From Candidatus Bipolaricaulota bacterium (GTDB lineage: Bacteria > Bipolaricaulota > Bipolaricaulia > RBG-16-55-9 > DRXL01): DNA of 64,000 nt. The notes beneath the pieces were generated by a model, which was given only the letters and a program-made list of their open reading frames with translations, did not search any database and had not been told where the DNA came from. Shown here in pieces: positions 37,893-47,266 of the stretch (position 1 is its first letter; the number at the start of each line of letters is the position of its first letter). The position numbers were made by a program, and so were the translations under genes. The stretch is taken from NCBI GenBank assembly GCA_025060395.1, contig JANXCC010000001.1:42538-106537 (forward strand). The letters run 5' to 3'.

Positions 37893-40061
37893 TTGTTTCC
37901 CCATGACGACGAACAACAGAGGCGAGTGCGGAATCTCCGGAATATTGCCCTGGTGATGATCGTGATCATCTTCGCTGTGATCTTATTACAATCGTTCTTT
38001 GGAAGCCCTGATTCTGCGGAGAAGCAGATTCGATACTCAGAATTTCTTGCGCTGCTGCAAGCAGGTCAGGTCACCACGGTGACCCTGGAAGGGACGTCCT
38101 TTGTGACCGTATCGGGGCGTGTGCGACCTGTGAGCGCTCTTGCGGAAAATCCCTTCATAGCCGATCTGGATGCACGAAGGAGCCAAGAGCATCAACGGAA
38201 GGAAAAGATCGAGGCTTTGCAAGACCATCAGAGTCGGCGCTTGGCCTGGATCATGGCTTTGCGCTCGGAGCTGCCTTATCCTCTGCTCTCCACGGCTCAA
38301 ACGATCCAGCGCCAGCTTCTAGGGCTTGCGGTGCGCCATGCTGAGGTCGCGCGTGCCCTCGAGGCTCTCGTGCAGGCTCGCAAGCAGAAAGCCGACGAGA
38401 TCAGTGCCTTGACCCAGGGGATCTTAGGGAGAGCCGAGCGCTTCCGCACGAAGGCCGCCCTCACGGACGTCTTGCAAGAATTGAGACAGCACAAGATCGA
38501 CTACGACTACAAAGAGACCGGAGACTCCTCATGGATCTTCTCGGTCTTGCTCTCGCTCTTGCCGCTCTTGATTATCGCGTTGCTCTGGTACGGGATGATG
38601 CGGCGGATGCAAGGCGAGGGCAGCAGCGCGTTAAACTTCGGGCGCAGCCAGGCCAAATTAGTCACCAAAGAGTACTCACGGGTCACCTTTGACGATGTTG
38701 CTGGTATCGACGAAGTCAAAGAAGAAGTCCAGGAGATCGTAGATTATCTGAAAGACCCGCAAAAATTTACGCGCATCGGCGCGCAGATCCCCAAGGGCGT
38801 TCTGTTAGTTGGCCCGCCGGGGACGGGCAAGACGCTCCTGGCGCGCGCCATTGCCGGCGAGGCTGATGTGCCCTTCTTCTCGATCTCGGGTTCGGACTTT
38901 GTCGAGATGTTTGTGGGCGTCGGGGCTGCCCGCGTGAGGGATCTGTTTCGCAGGGCTAAGGAGGAAGCGAAGGGCAAGCGCGGCGTGATCATCTTCATCG
39001 ACGAGATCGACGCGGTAGGCCGGAAGCGCGGGGCGGGGATCGGGGGGGGTCACGACGAGCGGGAACAGACGTTGAACCAGCTGCTCTCAGAGATGGATGG
39101 CTTTGAGAAGAACGAGCACGTGATCATCTTAGCCGCGACCAATAGACCCGATATTCTCGATCCCGCGCTCTTGCGCCCCGGACGCTTCGATAGAAAGATC
39201 ACGGTGCCGCCGCCGGACTCCAAGGGCCGCGAGGCTATTTTGAAAGTCCACACGCGCAACAAGAAGCTGGCTCCCGATGTCGACTTGAAGGTCTTAGCGC
39301 GGCGTACCCCAGGTTTTGTCGGGGCAGACTTAGAGAATCTCTGTAACGAAGCGGCGCTTCTTGCTGCCCGACGGAACAAAGAATTTATAGATATGAAGGA
39401 CTTCGAGGACGCGATCGACCGGGTGATCGCGGGGATCGAGCGCAAGGGAAGGCTCTTAAGCGAGGAAGAGAAAGTGAAGATCGCCTATCATGAAGCGGGG
39501 CACGCCCTACTGGGCAAGCTTCTGCCCAAGGCCGATCCCGTCCACAGAATCTCGATTGTTCCTCGCGGGGAGGCCCTGGGATATACGCTGCAGCTCCCGC
39601 TCAACGACAAGTATCTCTTCACCAAAGAAGAGCTGCTGGATCGCATCACCGGGATCTTGGGGGGCCGCGCTGCTGAAGAACTCATCTTCAACGAGATCTC
39701 CACGGGAGCCTATGATGATCTCAAGAAGGCCACAGAGATTGCCAAGCGCATGGTGGTCAGCTATGGCATGAGCGAGCGGGTGGGCCCTATCAATCTCGGT
39801 CAAGAGAACGGGAACGTCTTCCTCGGAGTTGATCTGGTCTTGAACCGCGAGCACAGCGAGAAGATGCTCTCCCTGGCCGACGAGGAGATCAAGAACATCA
39901 TCGAGTCGTGCTATAAGCGCGCCAAGGAGTTGCTGCAGCGCAACCTCCAAGCGTTGCACAAGCTGGCTCGCAGGCTCCTGGAGGTCGAGGTGCTTGAGGG
40001 GGAGCAGCTCGACGCGCTCCTGAAGGACTCGCTCGTGCTCCCGGCCCCAACTCCAGCCTAG
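37893..40061 (+). CDS. ftsH: ATP-dependent zinc metalloprotease FtsH
   Basis: Two TM helices, [28 protein letters not shown]. Confidence 0.97.
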   Translation: MFPHDDEQQRRVRNLRNIALVMIVIIFAVILLQSFFGSPDSAEKQIRYSEFLALLQAGQVTTVTLEGTSFVTVSGRVRPVSALAENPFIADLDARRSQEHQRKEKIEALQDHQSRRLAWIMALRSELPYPLLSTAQTIQRQLLGLAVRHAEVARALEALVQARKQKADEISALTQGILGRAERFRTKAALTDVLQELRQHKIDYDYKETGDSSWIFSVLLSLLPLLIIALLWYGMMRRMQGEGSSALNFGRSQAKLVTKEYSRVTFDDVAGIDEVKEEVQEIVDYLKDPQKFTRIGAQIPKGVLLVGPPGTGKTLLARAIAGEADVPFFSISGSDFVEMFVGVGAARVRDLFRRAKEEAKGKRGVIIFIDEIDAVGRKRGAGIGGGHDEREQTLNQLLSEMDGFEKNEHVIILAATNRPDILDPALLRPGRFDRKITVPPPDSKGREAILKVHTRNKKLAPDVDLKVLARRTPGFVGADLENLCNEAALLAARRNKEFIDMKDFEDAIDRVIAGIERKGRLLSEEEKVKIAYHEAGHALLGKLLPKADPVHRISIVPRGEALGYTLQLPLNDKYLFTKEELLDRITGILGGRAAEELIFNEISTGAYDDLKKATEIAKRMVVSYGMSERVGPINLGQENGNVFLGVDLVLNREHSEKMLSLADEEIKNIIESCYKRAKELLQRNLQALHKLARRLLEVEVLEGEQLDALLKDSLVLPAPTPA

Positions 40062-40079
40062 CTCCCGGCAGAGAGACCG

Positions 40080-41273
40080 ATGGCCTCGATGCCCCCGAGT
40101 CCCCTCATAAGGAAGCGCCTCGCGATCTTAGGTTCGACCGGCTCGGTTGGGTCGCAGACGCTCGCCGTCGTCGAAGCTCTCACTCGAGCCGGGCATGCTT
40201 TTTCGGTGGTAGCCCTGGCAGCAGGCAAGAATTTAGAGCTTCTGGCAGCCCAAGCTCAGCGCTTCCAGCCAAAACTAATCGCCATCGAGCGCGCAAAAGA
40301 CCTGAGCAAGTTGCGACGGCTCGTGGGGACTTTCTGGAGTGGGGAGATCGTCGTCGGCGAGGAGGGACTAATTGCTGCAGCTACTCACCCTGATGCCGAT
40401 CTTATCGTCAACGCCCTGGTCGGCGCCCTGGGGTTGATCCCGACTCTTGAGGCCCTCAAAGCCAAGAAAATCGTCGCACTAGCGAACAAAGAGTCCCTGG
40501 TCATCGGTGGGCATCTCGTGCACGGCGTACAGTCCAAGCGAAGCCTGATCCCCATAGACAGCGAGCACAGCGCGCTCTTCCAGCTCATGCACTCTCTCCA
40601 CCCTAGCGAGATCGAGAGAATTATTCTGACGGCGTCGGGTGGGCCGTTTCGCACTCGTCCGTTAGATTCTTTCGCGCAGATCACGGTAGCAGAAGCCCTG
40701 CAGCACCCCACCTGGCAGATGGGCAAGCGAATCACTATAGATTCAGCGACGCTCGTCAACAAAGCCTTCGAAGTGATCGAAGCCCATTGGCTCTTTGATC
40801 TACCTTATGAAAAAATCTCGGTGCTCATCCATCCGCAGAGCGTTGTGCACGGCTTGGTCGAGCTGACCGATGGCAGCATCCTTGCTCATCTGAGCACGAC
40901 GGATATGAAGCTACCCATTCAGTATGCCCTCACATACCCGGAGCGCGTTCCATCGTCAGTAGCGAGACTAGACTTAGTCAAACAGAAGCTCGAATTTGCG
41001 CCGGTGGGGCGGGAGCGCTATCCGGCATTTTGGCTGGTGTGCGAGGCCGGGCAGCGCGGCGGGACGTTCCCTGCCGTGGCGAACGCTGCCGACGAAGTCT
41101 TCGTACAGAGATTCTTAAAGAACGAGATTCCGTTTGTGGGAATCGCTCGAGGCATAGAGCGAGTGCTTGCGGAGCATGAGGGCGTGCCTACCCCTGCTCT
41201 TGAAGAGATTCTTGAAGCCGATCGGTGGGCGCGCCAGCGAGCTAGCGAATTCCCTCCAAATTCGCTATCATAA
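40080..41273 (+). CDS. dxr: 1-deoxy-D-xylulose-5-phosphate reductoisomerase
   Basis: LGSTGSVG, LANKESLV, PIDSEHSA, HPTWQMGKRITIDSAT. Confidence 0.96.
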   Translation: MASMPPSPLIRKRLAILGSTGSVGSQTLAVVEALTRAGHAFSVVALAAGKNLELLAAQAQRFQPKLIAIERAKDLSKLRRLVGTFWSGEIVVGEEGLIAAATHPDADLIVNALVGALGLIPTLEALKAKKIVALANKESLVIGGHLVHGVQSKRSLIPIDSEHSALFQLMHSLHPSEIERIILTASGGPFRTRPLDSFAQITVAEALQHPTWQMGKRITIDSATLVNKAFEVIEAHWLFDLPYEKISVLIHPQSVVHGLVELTDGSILAHLSTTDMKLPIQYALTYPERVPSSVARLDLVKQKLEFAPVGRERYPAFWLVCEAGQRGGTFPAVANAADEVFVQRFLKNEIPFVGIARGIERVLAEHEGVPTPALEEILEADRWARQRASEFPPNSLS

Positions 41274-41280
41274 TAAAGCT

Positions 41281-42468
41281 ATGGAGAACGCGCGCAAGTG
41301 GTTTGCTGTCTCGGCTGTGTTGTTGCTCCTTTTGGTCTTTACGATCGCCCTTGCAAACTACAATCAAGAGTGGAAGAGGTACCAACGGGCGTATCTGATC
41401 AAAGTCTTCACGGAGAAGGCCTTGGCGGAGAAGGGCTCGCTCTCACTTCTCGATCAGATCGCGATTGCTGTGAGCGCCGAAGCCAATCTTCAGATAAAGA
41501 AGGTCGTCACGGAAGTGGGGCGCAGTGCCGATCTGTGTATGACGTGTCACATCAACGTCGGTGTTCCCGGCTTTGCCCAAGAACCCTTGAAAGATCTCTT
41601 AGAGACCCATAAGAATTTGAAGATCATCGAGCAGTTGCCGTTCGATCAAGTCGGCTGTACCGCATGTCATGGGGGCAACTCTCTAGCGCTGACTTCTGAG
41701 CTCGCTCATCACGAGATGCGCTCGCGCTTTGCCCAGATTTTTGAAGAATCTATCGAGAAGTTGCGCTCGGAACGCTGGGCGGAGCGCCAGCAGGGTATTG
41801 AACGAATTCGCTGGATGACCGCGAACGACTTTGGATTTGTCTTTAACGCCCCGAAGGAGAAACGCGAGGAAGCGATCGCTCGGATTCTCGCGTGGTGGCA
41901 ACTCCACAAAGACACGTTCTTGGTCGAGGGCTTTGGGGAGCGGAGCTCGCCGTTCCGCACAGAAAATCCTCAGGCCAAAGTAATCGAAGCCCGCACCGAC
42001 GTCTCGATCGCTGGGGAACCGTTGCAATTTGTCGGCTCAGCAACATGCGTAGCGTGTCATGGGCATCCCGAGATCAGCGATGCCTACATTCCTGAGTCGA
42101 GCAAGCGTCACGTCGAGCTCTGGTTCCGCCCGGAGTTTATGACCAGCACAAACATTGAAGCATTCAAAGAGCACCCGTTCATAGACGAACAGACCCTCAA
42201 GACCATGGACGTGACGTGCGAGGCGTGTCACGGTCCAGGGAGCGAGTACACGAAGCTGATGCAGAAGGGGATGGCGCTCGAAGCCTTGGGGCAGAGCGTG
42301 GAAGCCGCGGCCTTGATCGCCAAGGGCAAGGAGATCGCGCGCGCCAATGCCCGCACAATCATCAGCGAGCACGACCCGGCAACAGGCTACTCCCGCGTCT
42401 GGGCGATCTTCGAGCGCCTCATCGAAAAGGCATTGGCAGCCCAAGGACAGAACCGCCCTACAGAATAA
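41281..42468 (+). CDS. membrane-anchored tetraheme cytochrome c
   Basis: N-terminal TM helix, QEWKRYQ; CxxCH x4 (CMTCH, CTACH, CVACH, CEACH). Confidence 0.88.
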   Translation: MENARKWFAVSAVLLLLLVFTIALANYNQEWKRYQRAYLIKVFTEKALAEKGSLSLLDQIAIAVSAEANLQIKKVVTEVGRSADLCMTCHINVGVPGFAQEPLKDLLETHKNLKIIEQLPFDQVGCTACHGGNSLALTSELAHHEMRSRFAQIFEESIEKLRSERWAERQQGIERIRWMTANDFGFVFNAPKEKREEAIARILAWWQLHKDTFLVEGFGERSSPFRTENPQAKVIEARTDVSIAGEPLQFVGSATCVACHGHPEISDAYIPESSKRHVELWFRPEFMTSTNIEAFKEHPFIDEQTLKTMDVTCEACHGPGSEYTKLMQKGMALEALGQSVEAAALIAKGKEIARANARTIISEHDPATGYSRVWAIFERLIEKALAAQGQNRPTE

Positions 42469-42484
42469 AAATAAATGCCAGGAT

Positions 42485-42539
42485 TTGACTTTCGCACAGA
42501 TCTTTCTTACAATGAACTCGGAGTATTTTACTCGGAATT
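42485..42539 (+). promoter_or_regulatory. promoter with Rrf2/IscR-like operator
   Basis: TTGACT-17nt-TACAAT followed by GAGTA-TTT-TACTC inverted repeat. Confidence 0.6.
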
Positions 42540-42551
42540 TGAGGTCCTCCT

Positions 42552-42962
42552 ATGAGGGTGACGCGCAAGAGCGATTATGGGCTCCGGGCGCTTTGTACCT
42601 TGGCTCGGCATTATAATCGCGAACCGGTCTCGATTGGGCAGCTCTCGGCAGAGCACAAGATTCCTGAGCCGTTCCTCGAGAAGATCATGCAGGAGTTACG
42701 CGAGCATGGGTTAGTCGAAGCAACCCACGGGCGGGGCGGAGGATATCTGCTGAAGAAGCGTCCGTCACAGATCTCTCTCCGGGAGATCGTGCAAGCTCTC
42801 GATGGACCAATCGCGCTCGTGACGTGTCTCGATCCCAGCTTAAAATGCGCTATCGAAGATGGCTGTCCCACCAGTCCCATCTGGGAGATCGTGAATCATC
42901 AGCTTGAAGAGTATTTGGCATCGCTCACGCTGAGCGATGTCATGAAACTGCAGGGTGAGTGA
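42552..42962 (+). CDS. Rrf2 family transcriptional regulator (IscR-like, 3 Cys)
   Basis: DYGLRAL, FLEKI, GRGGGY, CLDPSLKCAIEDGCP. Confidence 0.92.
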   Translation: MRVTRKSDYGLRALCTLARHYNREPVSIGQLSAEHKIPEPFLEKIMQELREHGLVEATHGRGGGYLLKKRPSQISLREIVQALDGPIALVTCLDPSLKCAIEDGCPTSPIWEIVNHQLEEYLASLTLSDVMKLQGE

Positions 42963-42971
42963 GGCCCCGTC

Positions 42972-44015
42972 ATGGATCTCAGCGAGCGTGCTCTTGAAGT
43001 CTTGCGCCAGATCGAGATCCCTCGGACTCGCCGGCCCTTGGGTGATCTCATCGAAGATCTCTCCATTGATGGAGGGTCTGTCCATGTGCGGATGAGGCTC
43101 GCTCCTGCCTATGCCTCCAAATCTCAGCTTACCTCGTGGGTCGAGCAAGCTCTTAAGGCCATCCCCGGGGTCGAGAGGGTGCAGGTCGAGTTCGTCCAGA
43201 CTCAGCGCCCGCGCCCGAGGGTGCTCACCCAGAAGGTGCGCTTCCCTCAGATCGCACGGATTCTCGTAGTCTTCAGTGGCAAGGGTGGGGTGGGCAAGAG
43301 TACCGTCAGTGTGAATCTGGCGGTAGCGCTTGCGCAGCAGGGAGCGCGAGTGGGGCTCTTTGACGCCGACGTGCATGGCCCCAATATCCCTACTCTTCTA
43401 GGGCTGACCGAGCCCCCTGTGGTGAAGGAGGGCAAACTCCTCCCGATCTTCAAACACGGGGTTCACGCGATCTCGATTGGCTTATTAGTCGGAGGAGGAG
43501 ATCCGCTCATCTGGCGCGGCCCGATGATATCCAAGGCGATTCGTGAACTTTTAGAGAGCACGGCCTGGCCAGAGCTAGACTATCTGATTGTCGACATGCC
43601 TCCAGGAACAGGAGATGCGCAGCTAGGGTTGGCGCAAGACGTGGAGCTGACAGGTGCCATTGCCGTGACGACCCCCCAGGAAGTGGCGCTCTCCGATGTG
43701 CGTCGAGGCATAGGCGCGTTCTTCAAGCTCCATGTGCCCGTCCTTGGGATCATCGAGAATATGGCGTATTATCTCTGTCCCAAGTGCGGGCATCGAGAAT
43801 ATATCTTCGGTCAAGGCGGCGGTGAGGCCGAAGCCCGGCGACAGAAGATTCCGCTCCTCGGGCAGATCCCGCTAGATCCGAAGCTGCGCGAGGGCGGTGA
43901 CGCCGGTATGCCCATCGTGATCGCTCATCCGTCGTCACCTGCGGCGCAAGAGTTCGGCAAGATCGCTGAGAGGCTCATGAGATATTTTGCTCTCAGTCAA
44001 GGAGAGCAGCAATGA
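42972..44015 (+). CDS. apbC: Mrp/ApbC (NBP35) Fe-S cluster carrier ATPase
   Basis: SGKGGVGKST, DADVHGP, WRGPM, DMPPGTGD, ENMAYYLCPKCG. Confidence 0.93.
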   Translation: MDLSERALEVLRQIEIPRTRRPLGDLIEDLSIDGGSVHVRMRLAPAYASKSQLTSWVEQALKAIPGVERVQVEFVQTQRPRPRVLTQKVRFPQIARILVVFSGKGGVGKSTVSVNLAVALAQQGARVGLFDADVHGPNIPTLLGLTEPPVVKEGKLLPIFKHGVHAISIGLLVGGGDPLIWRGPMISKAIRELLESTAWPELDYLIVDMPPGTGDAQLGLAQDVELTGAIAVTTPQEVALSDVRRGIGAFFKLHVPVLGIIENMAYYLCPKCGHREYIFGQGGGEAEARRQKIPLLGQIPLDPKLREGGDAGMPIVIAHPSSPAAQEFGKIAERLMRYFALSQGEQQ

Positions 44016-44341
44016 AGGAGGAGGTGACTCTCTATATGTCTCCTGACGAGATCCGCGAAGTGATTCGGGAGAACGTCTTCGACCCCGAGTTGGGCTACAA
44101 TGTCGTGGATCTGGGGTTGCTTTACGACGTCGAAGTCCGCGGTGACAAAGATGTCCGCCTCGAGATGACGCTGACGACTGTGGGCTGCCCGCTCTACGAG
44201 CAGATCCAAGCCGATTGCGAGCGCGCTATCAAAGAGCACTTCGGCGAAGACGTCAACGTCGAGGTCGACTTCGTCTTCGATCCCCCATGGACCCCAGAGA
44301 TGATGTCAGAAGAGATCCGCGCGGAGATGGGTTTCATCTAA
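44012..44341 (+). CDS. DUF59/SufT-like Fe-S maturation protein
   Basis: DPELGYNVVDLGL, MTLTTVGCP, FDPPWTPEMM. Confidence 0.92.
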   Translation: MKEEVTLYMSPDEIREVIRENVFDPELGYNVVDLGLLYDVEVRGDKDVRLEMTLTTVGCPLYEQIQADCERAIKEHFGEDVNVEVDFVFDPPWTPEMMSEEIRAEMGFI

Positions 44342-44974
44342 ATGGCTCTCTGTGTGTACTGTGCCAAGAAGGCGGGCAAACGCTCATGCCCAGCGCTGGG
44401 AGGCCTCATCTGTCCCAGCTGTTGTGGACACCATCGAGGTATCGCGATCAGTTGTCCCGTTAGTTGCAAGTATCTCAAGACCCACGAGAGCTATCAACGG
44501 GTCCGCCTAGCGGAAGAGTTCCACGCGCTCTGGGTTGAGAAGACGGAACCGCTCTATAAGGCCGGCAAGGAGCGCTCAATCGATCTTCTAGTATGGATAG
44601 AGATGCTGATCTATCAGTTCTATCGTGAGCGCGCGTTGGGCACAGACAGCGAAGTCGTCGAGGCCCTTGAATTTTTGCGACGTCGGTTCAGTTCGTTGAT
44701 AATCGTCGAAGCCGGAGGTACGACCTTAGCCAAGCATCTGTGGGAAGGACTCCAAGAGTTTCTCAAGAGAGAGTCGTTCCCTGCAGAAGCGGTCTCTGAG
44801 GTTCTCGAGAAGAGCCTTGAGATCTTTCGGGCGTATGTAGACCCTGCACAACCACGAAGGTATTTGCACGGGATGTTGGGCCATGTCGAGCGATATTTTA
44901 CGCTCCCTGACGAGTTGAAAGGAAGTCCGTCGCTAATTGCTACCCCGCAGATCGTCACGCCCAAGATGTCTTAG
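44342..44974 (+). CDS. hypothetical protein with Cys-rich N-terminal metal-binding domain
   Basis: CVYC...CPALGGLICPSCCG...CPVSCKYL; start abuts the upstream stop. Confidence 0.7.
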   Translation: MALCVYCAKKAGKRSCPALGGLICPSCCGHHRGIAISCPVSCKYLKTHESYQRVRLAEEFHALWVEKTEPLYKAGKERSIDLLVWIEMLIYQFYRERALGTDSEVVEALEFLRRRFSSLIIVEAGGTTLAKHLWEGLQEFLKRESFPAEAVSEVLEKSLEIFRAYVDPAQPRRYLHGMLGHVERYFTLPDELKGSPSLIATPQIVTPKMS

Positions 44975-44981
44975 CGAACGG

Positions 44982-46025
44982 CTATTTCCAAGGGAGGACC
45001 CACTCCCACTGCGGACCGCGGAAGTACTGCCCGATAATGATTAGCACGATTATGGCTCCAACGACGAGCGTAAAGAGTGCGGTGGTGACGGGGCGATCTC
45101 GCAGCCGGCGTCCCACGGGTTTGCTCTTGTCTTTGCGCCAAAACTCGAGATAGGGCTCAATATACGGAATAGCCATCAAGAAGAGCACAAGGAGCGCAGG
45201 GATGATCACTCCGCCAATTGCTACGCTCGTCAACGGCCCAATATTAGGGGAGATCGCCAGGAGCTCTTGAATCCCCACGAAGTACCACGGGGCTTTTTCA
45301 GGGTTAGGCGTGAACGATGGGGTTGCCGGCTCTTCCAGCGGGGCATCGCGGAAGACAGAGTAGATCCCTAAGCCCGCTATTAAGAAGAACAGCACGGTGA
45401 ACGCCACATAAAGAAAGTATGGGTAGGTGATAATCTCTTCTTCTTCGGCGGGCAGGCGCTTCGCAAACGCTTCTAAAATCTTCTCGATCTTCTCACCGGT
45501 CAGCTCAGGGATCTCTTGAGCTCTGTGGTCCTTGCCGATATAGCTGAAGACGGCATAGAGCACCTCGAAATCGTTAGGATCGCCACCGCCCTCTAAGAGC
45601 GACTCCGTGCGATTACTTAAATCTTTTAGTCTCTTGACAGTGATCTTCTGGGTGGAGGGCAGCTCGCTCAAGGGGATCTTTTCGGCCGCATAGGCGAGGA
45701 CAGTACGCACCAGCTCCGGTTCAATCTGAATCGCTTCAGCAACCTCATAGCCAGGGACTTCGACTTCAATATCTTGATTGACAGAGATCTGGCACGAGAG
45801 TCTCCAGCCCTTGGCAAGTTGCTCTTCCCCTAAGACTTCTTTCTCGTTTTGGTTGGGGTCTCCACCGCCCTTGAGGACGCGCACAGCACACGTTGAGCAT
45901 TGCCCCTGGCCTCCACAGGTTGCCGGGAGCTGATCATCATAGCGCTGCTCTTTCAAGAGCTGCAAGAGATTGGTCCCAGGGCGAACGTCGAGCTCTTTTT
46001 GTCCTAGAATGACGACCTTGGGCAT
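44982..46025 (-). CDS. petD: [2Fe-2S] ferredoxin fused to cytochrome b6f-type subunit IV (cytochrome b C-terminal part)
   Basis: CGGQGQCSTC...LSCQ; then APLEEPA...TPNPEKAPWYFVGIQELL, IPYIE and three TM helices. Confidence 0.85.
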   Translation of the reverse strand: MPKVVILGQKELDVRPGTNLLQLLKEQRYDDQLPATCGGQGQCSTCAVRVLKGGGDPNQNEKEVLGEEQLAKGWRLSCQISVNQDIEVEVPGYEVAEAIQIEPELVRTVLAYAAEKIPLSELPSTQKITVKRLKDLSNRTESLLEGGGDPNDFEVLYAVFSYIGKDHRAQEIPELTGEKIEKILEAFAKRLPAEEEEIITYPYFLYVAFTVLFFLIAGLGIYSVFRDAPLEEPATPSFTPNPEKAPWYFVGIQELLAISPNIGPLTSVAIGGVIIPALLVLFLMAIPYIEPYLEFWRKDKSKPVGRRLRDRPVTTALFTLVVGAIIVLIIIGQYFRGPQWEWVLPWK

Positions 46026-46026
46026 A

Positions 46027-46665
46027 TCAGCTGACCCTCACTCCTACTTCAGCTGCTGCTTGTCGGAGTCTCTCGAGAACGGGCTTACCGCCAGGATAGC
46101 AACCATCGAGCTTGGCCTTTCCTGCTGCCAGCGCTTCAGCGAACTCTTCGCAAGTCGGGTAGCCACAGGCCGAGCAATCGAATCCGGGGAGGACTGCGCG
46201 CAGCTTAGCCGCTGCCGGTGAGAGCGCCGGGGCCTTCGGAGCCTCTTCGACAGCCTTACCTTCGACCTTGGGCCAAGACATCACTAAGGGCTTAAAGAGC
46301 TCAATTGTGAGATCGTTCTTCACCGAGATCTGGCATGAGAGGACCCAGCCCTCCTTGCGCAATTTGTCGCTTAATGGGCCGAGCATCGCCGGGGTGATCT
46401 GCTCAGGCTTAAGCCCGTCTAAGACTTTGACACGACACGTCGCGCACGTACCTTTGCCGCCACACTGAGCAAACAGATCGTACCCCGCTTTCTTGAGGGA
46501 TTGCATCAGATTTTGTTCTAACGGCAAGACCAGCTCATTGCCATCATTTACTATCTTGACTTTCGCTTCACCCTCAACCGTAAGCAGGTTCTTCACTACC
46601 CCTAAGATGACAGCGACGGAGATGGCCATGAGAGCCATCGTCGCTACGGGCACAAGGTAGACCAT
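46027..46665 (-). CDS. membrane-anchored NqrF-like [2Fe-2S] domain + RnfB-like Fe-S domain chimera
   Basis: TM helix; CGGKGTCATC...LSCQ; LPGFDCSACGYPTCEEFA...CYPGG. Confidence 0.85.
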   Translation of the reverse strand: MVYLVPVATMALMAISVAVILGVVKNLLTVEGEAKVKIVNDGNELVLPLEQNLMQSLKKAGYDLFAQCGGKGTCATCRVKVLDGLKPEQITPAMLGPLSDKLRKEGWVLSCQISVKNDLTIELFKPLVMSWPKVEGKAVEEAPKAPALSPAAAKLRAVLPGFDCSACGYPTCEEFAEALAAGKAKLDGCYPGGKPVLERLRQAAAEVGVRVS

Positions 46666-46666
46666 C

Positions 46667-47263
46667 TTAGCCTCCAAAGTCACGAATGTTAATCATCCCT
46701 GAGAACCCTACGAAGCTCATGGCCATTAACCCTGCGATGATGAGGGCGATCCCTGGGCCTTTAAGCCCTTCAGGGATGGGGGCGAATCGCAGGCGTTCTC
46801 TAATAGCAGCCATAAGGATAATCGCGAGCGCCCAGCCAACTCCACCACCAAACCCGTAGGCCACGCTTTGCATGAAGCCCAGATTCCACGTGGCAATCGC
46901 GAAGAGCACCCCGCCTAAGATCGCGCAATTGACCGTGATCAACGGCAAGAAGATCCCCAGCGAGCTATACAGCGCTGGGAGGAAGCGCTTCATGAACATC
47001 TCCACAACCTGAACCAAGAACGCGATCGTGACAATATAGACGATGAGCGACAGATACCCTACGCCCAACGGATCGAGCACGAAGTGCTTAATGAGCCAGT
47101 TAGCAGGCAAGGTCATCGTCAGCACGAAGATGACCGCCATGCCCATCCCTGACGCCGACGCGTACTCCCCTGATACCCCAATAAACGGGCAGATCCCCAG
47201 AAACGTCGTCAGCAGAATATTATTCGTTAAGATCGCACCCAGCACGATGAGGAAGATGTCCAT
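46667..47263 (-). CDS. rnfA: Rnf subunit A (NqrE family)
   Basis: FLGICPF, GMGMAV, FLPLITVNCAILG, MSFVGF. Confidence 0.93.
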   Translation of the reverse strand: MDIFLIVLGAILTNNILLTTFLGICPFIGVSGEYASASGMGMAVIFVLTMTLPANWLIKHFVLDPLGVGYLSLIVYIVTIAFLVQVVEMFMKRFLPALYSSLGIFLPLITVNCAILGGVLFAIATWNLGFMQSVAYGFGGGVGWALAIILMAAIRERLRFAPIPEGLKGPGIALIIAGLMAMSFVGFSGMINIRDFGG

Positions 47264-47266
47264 ATC

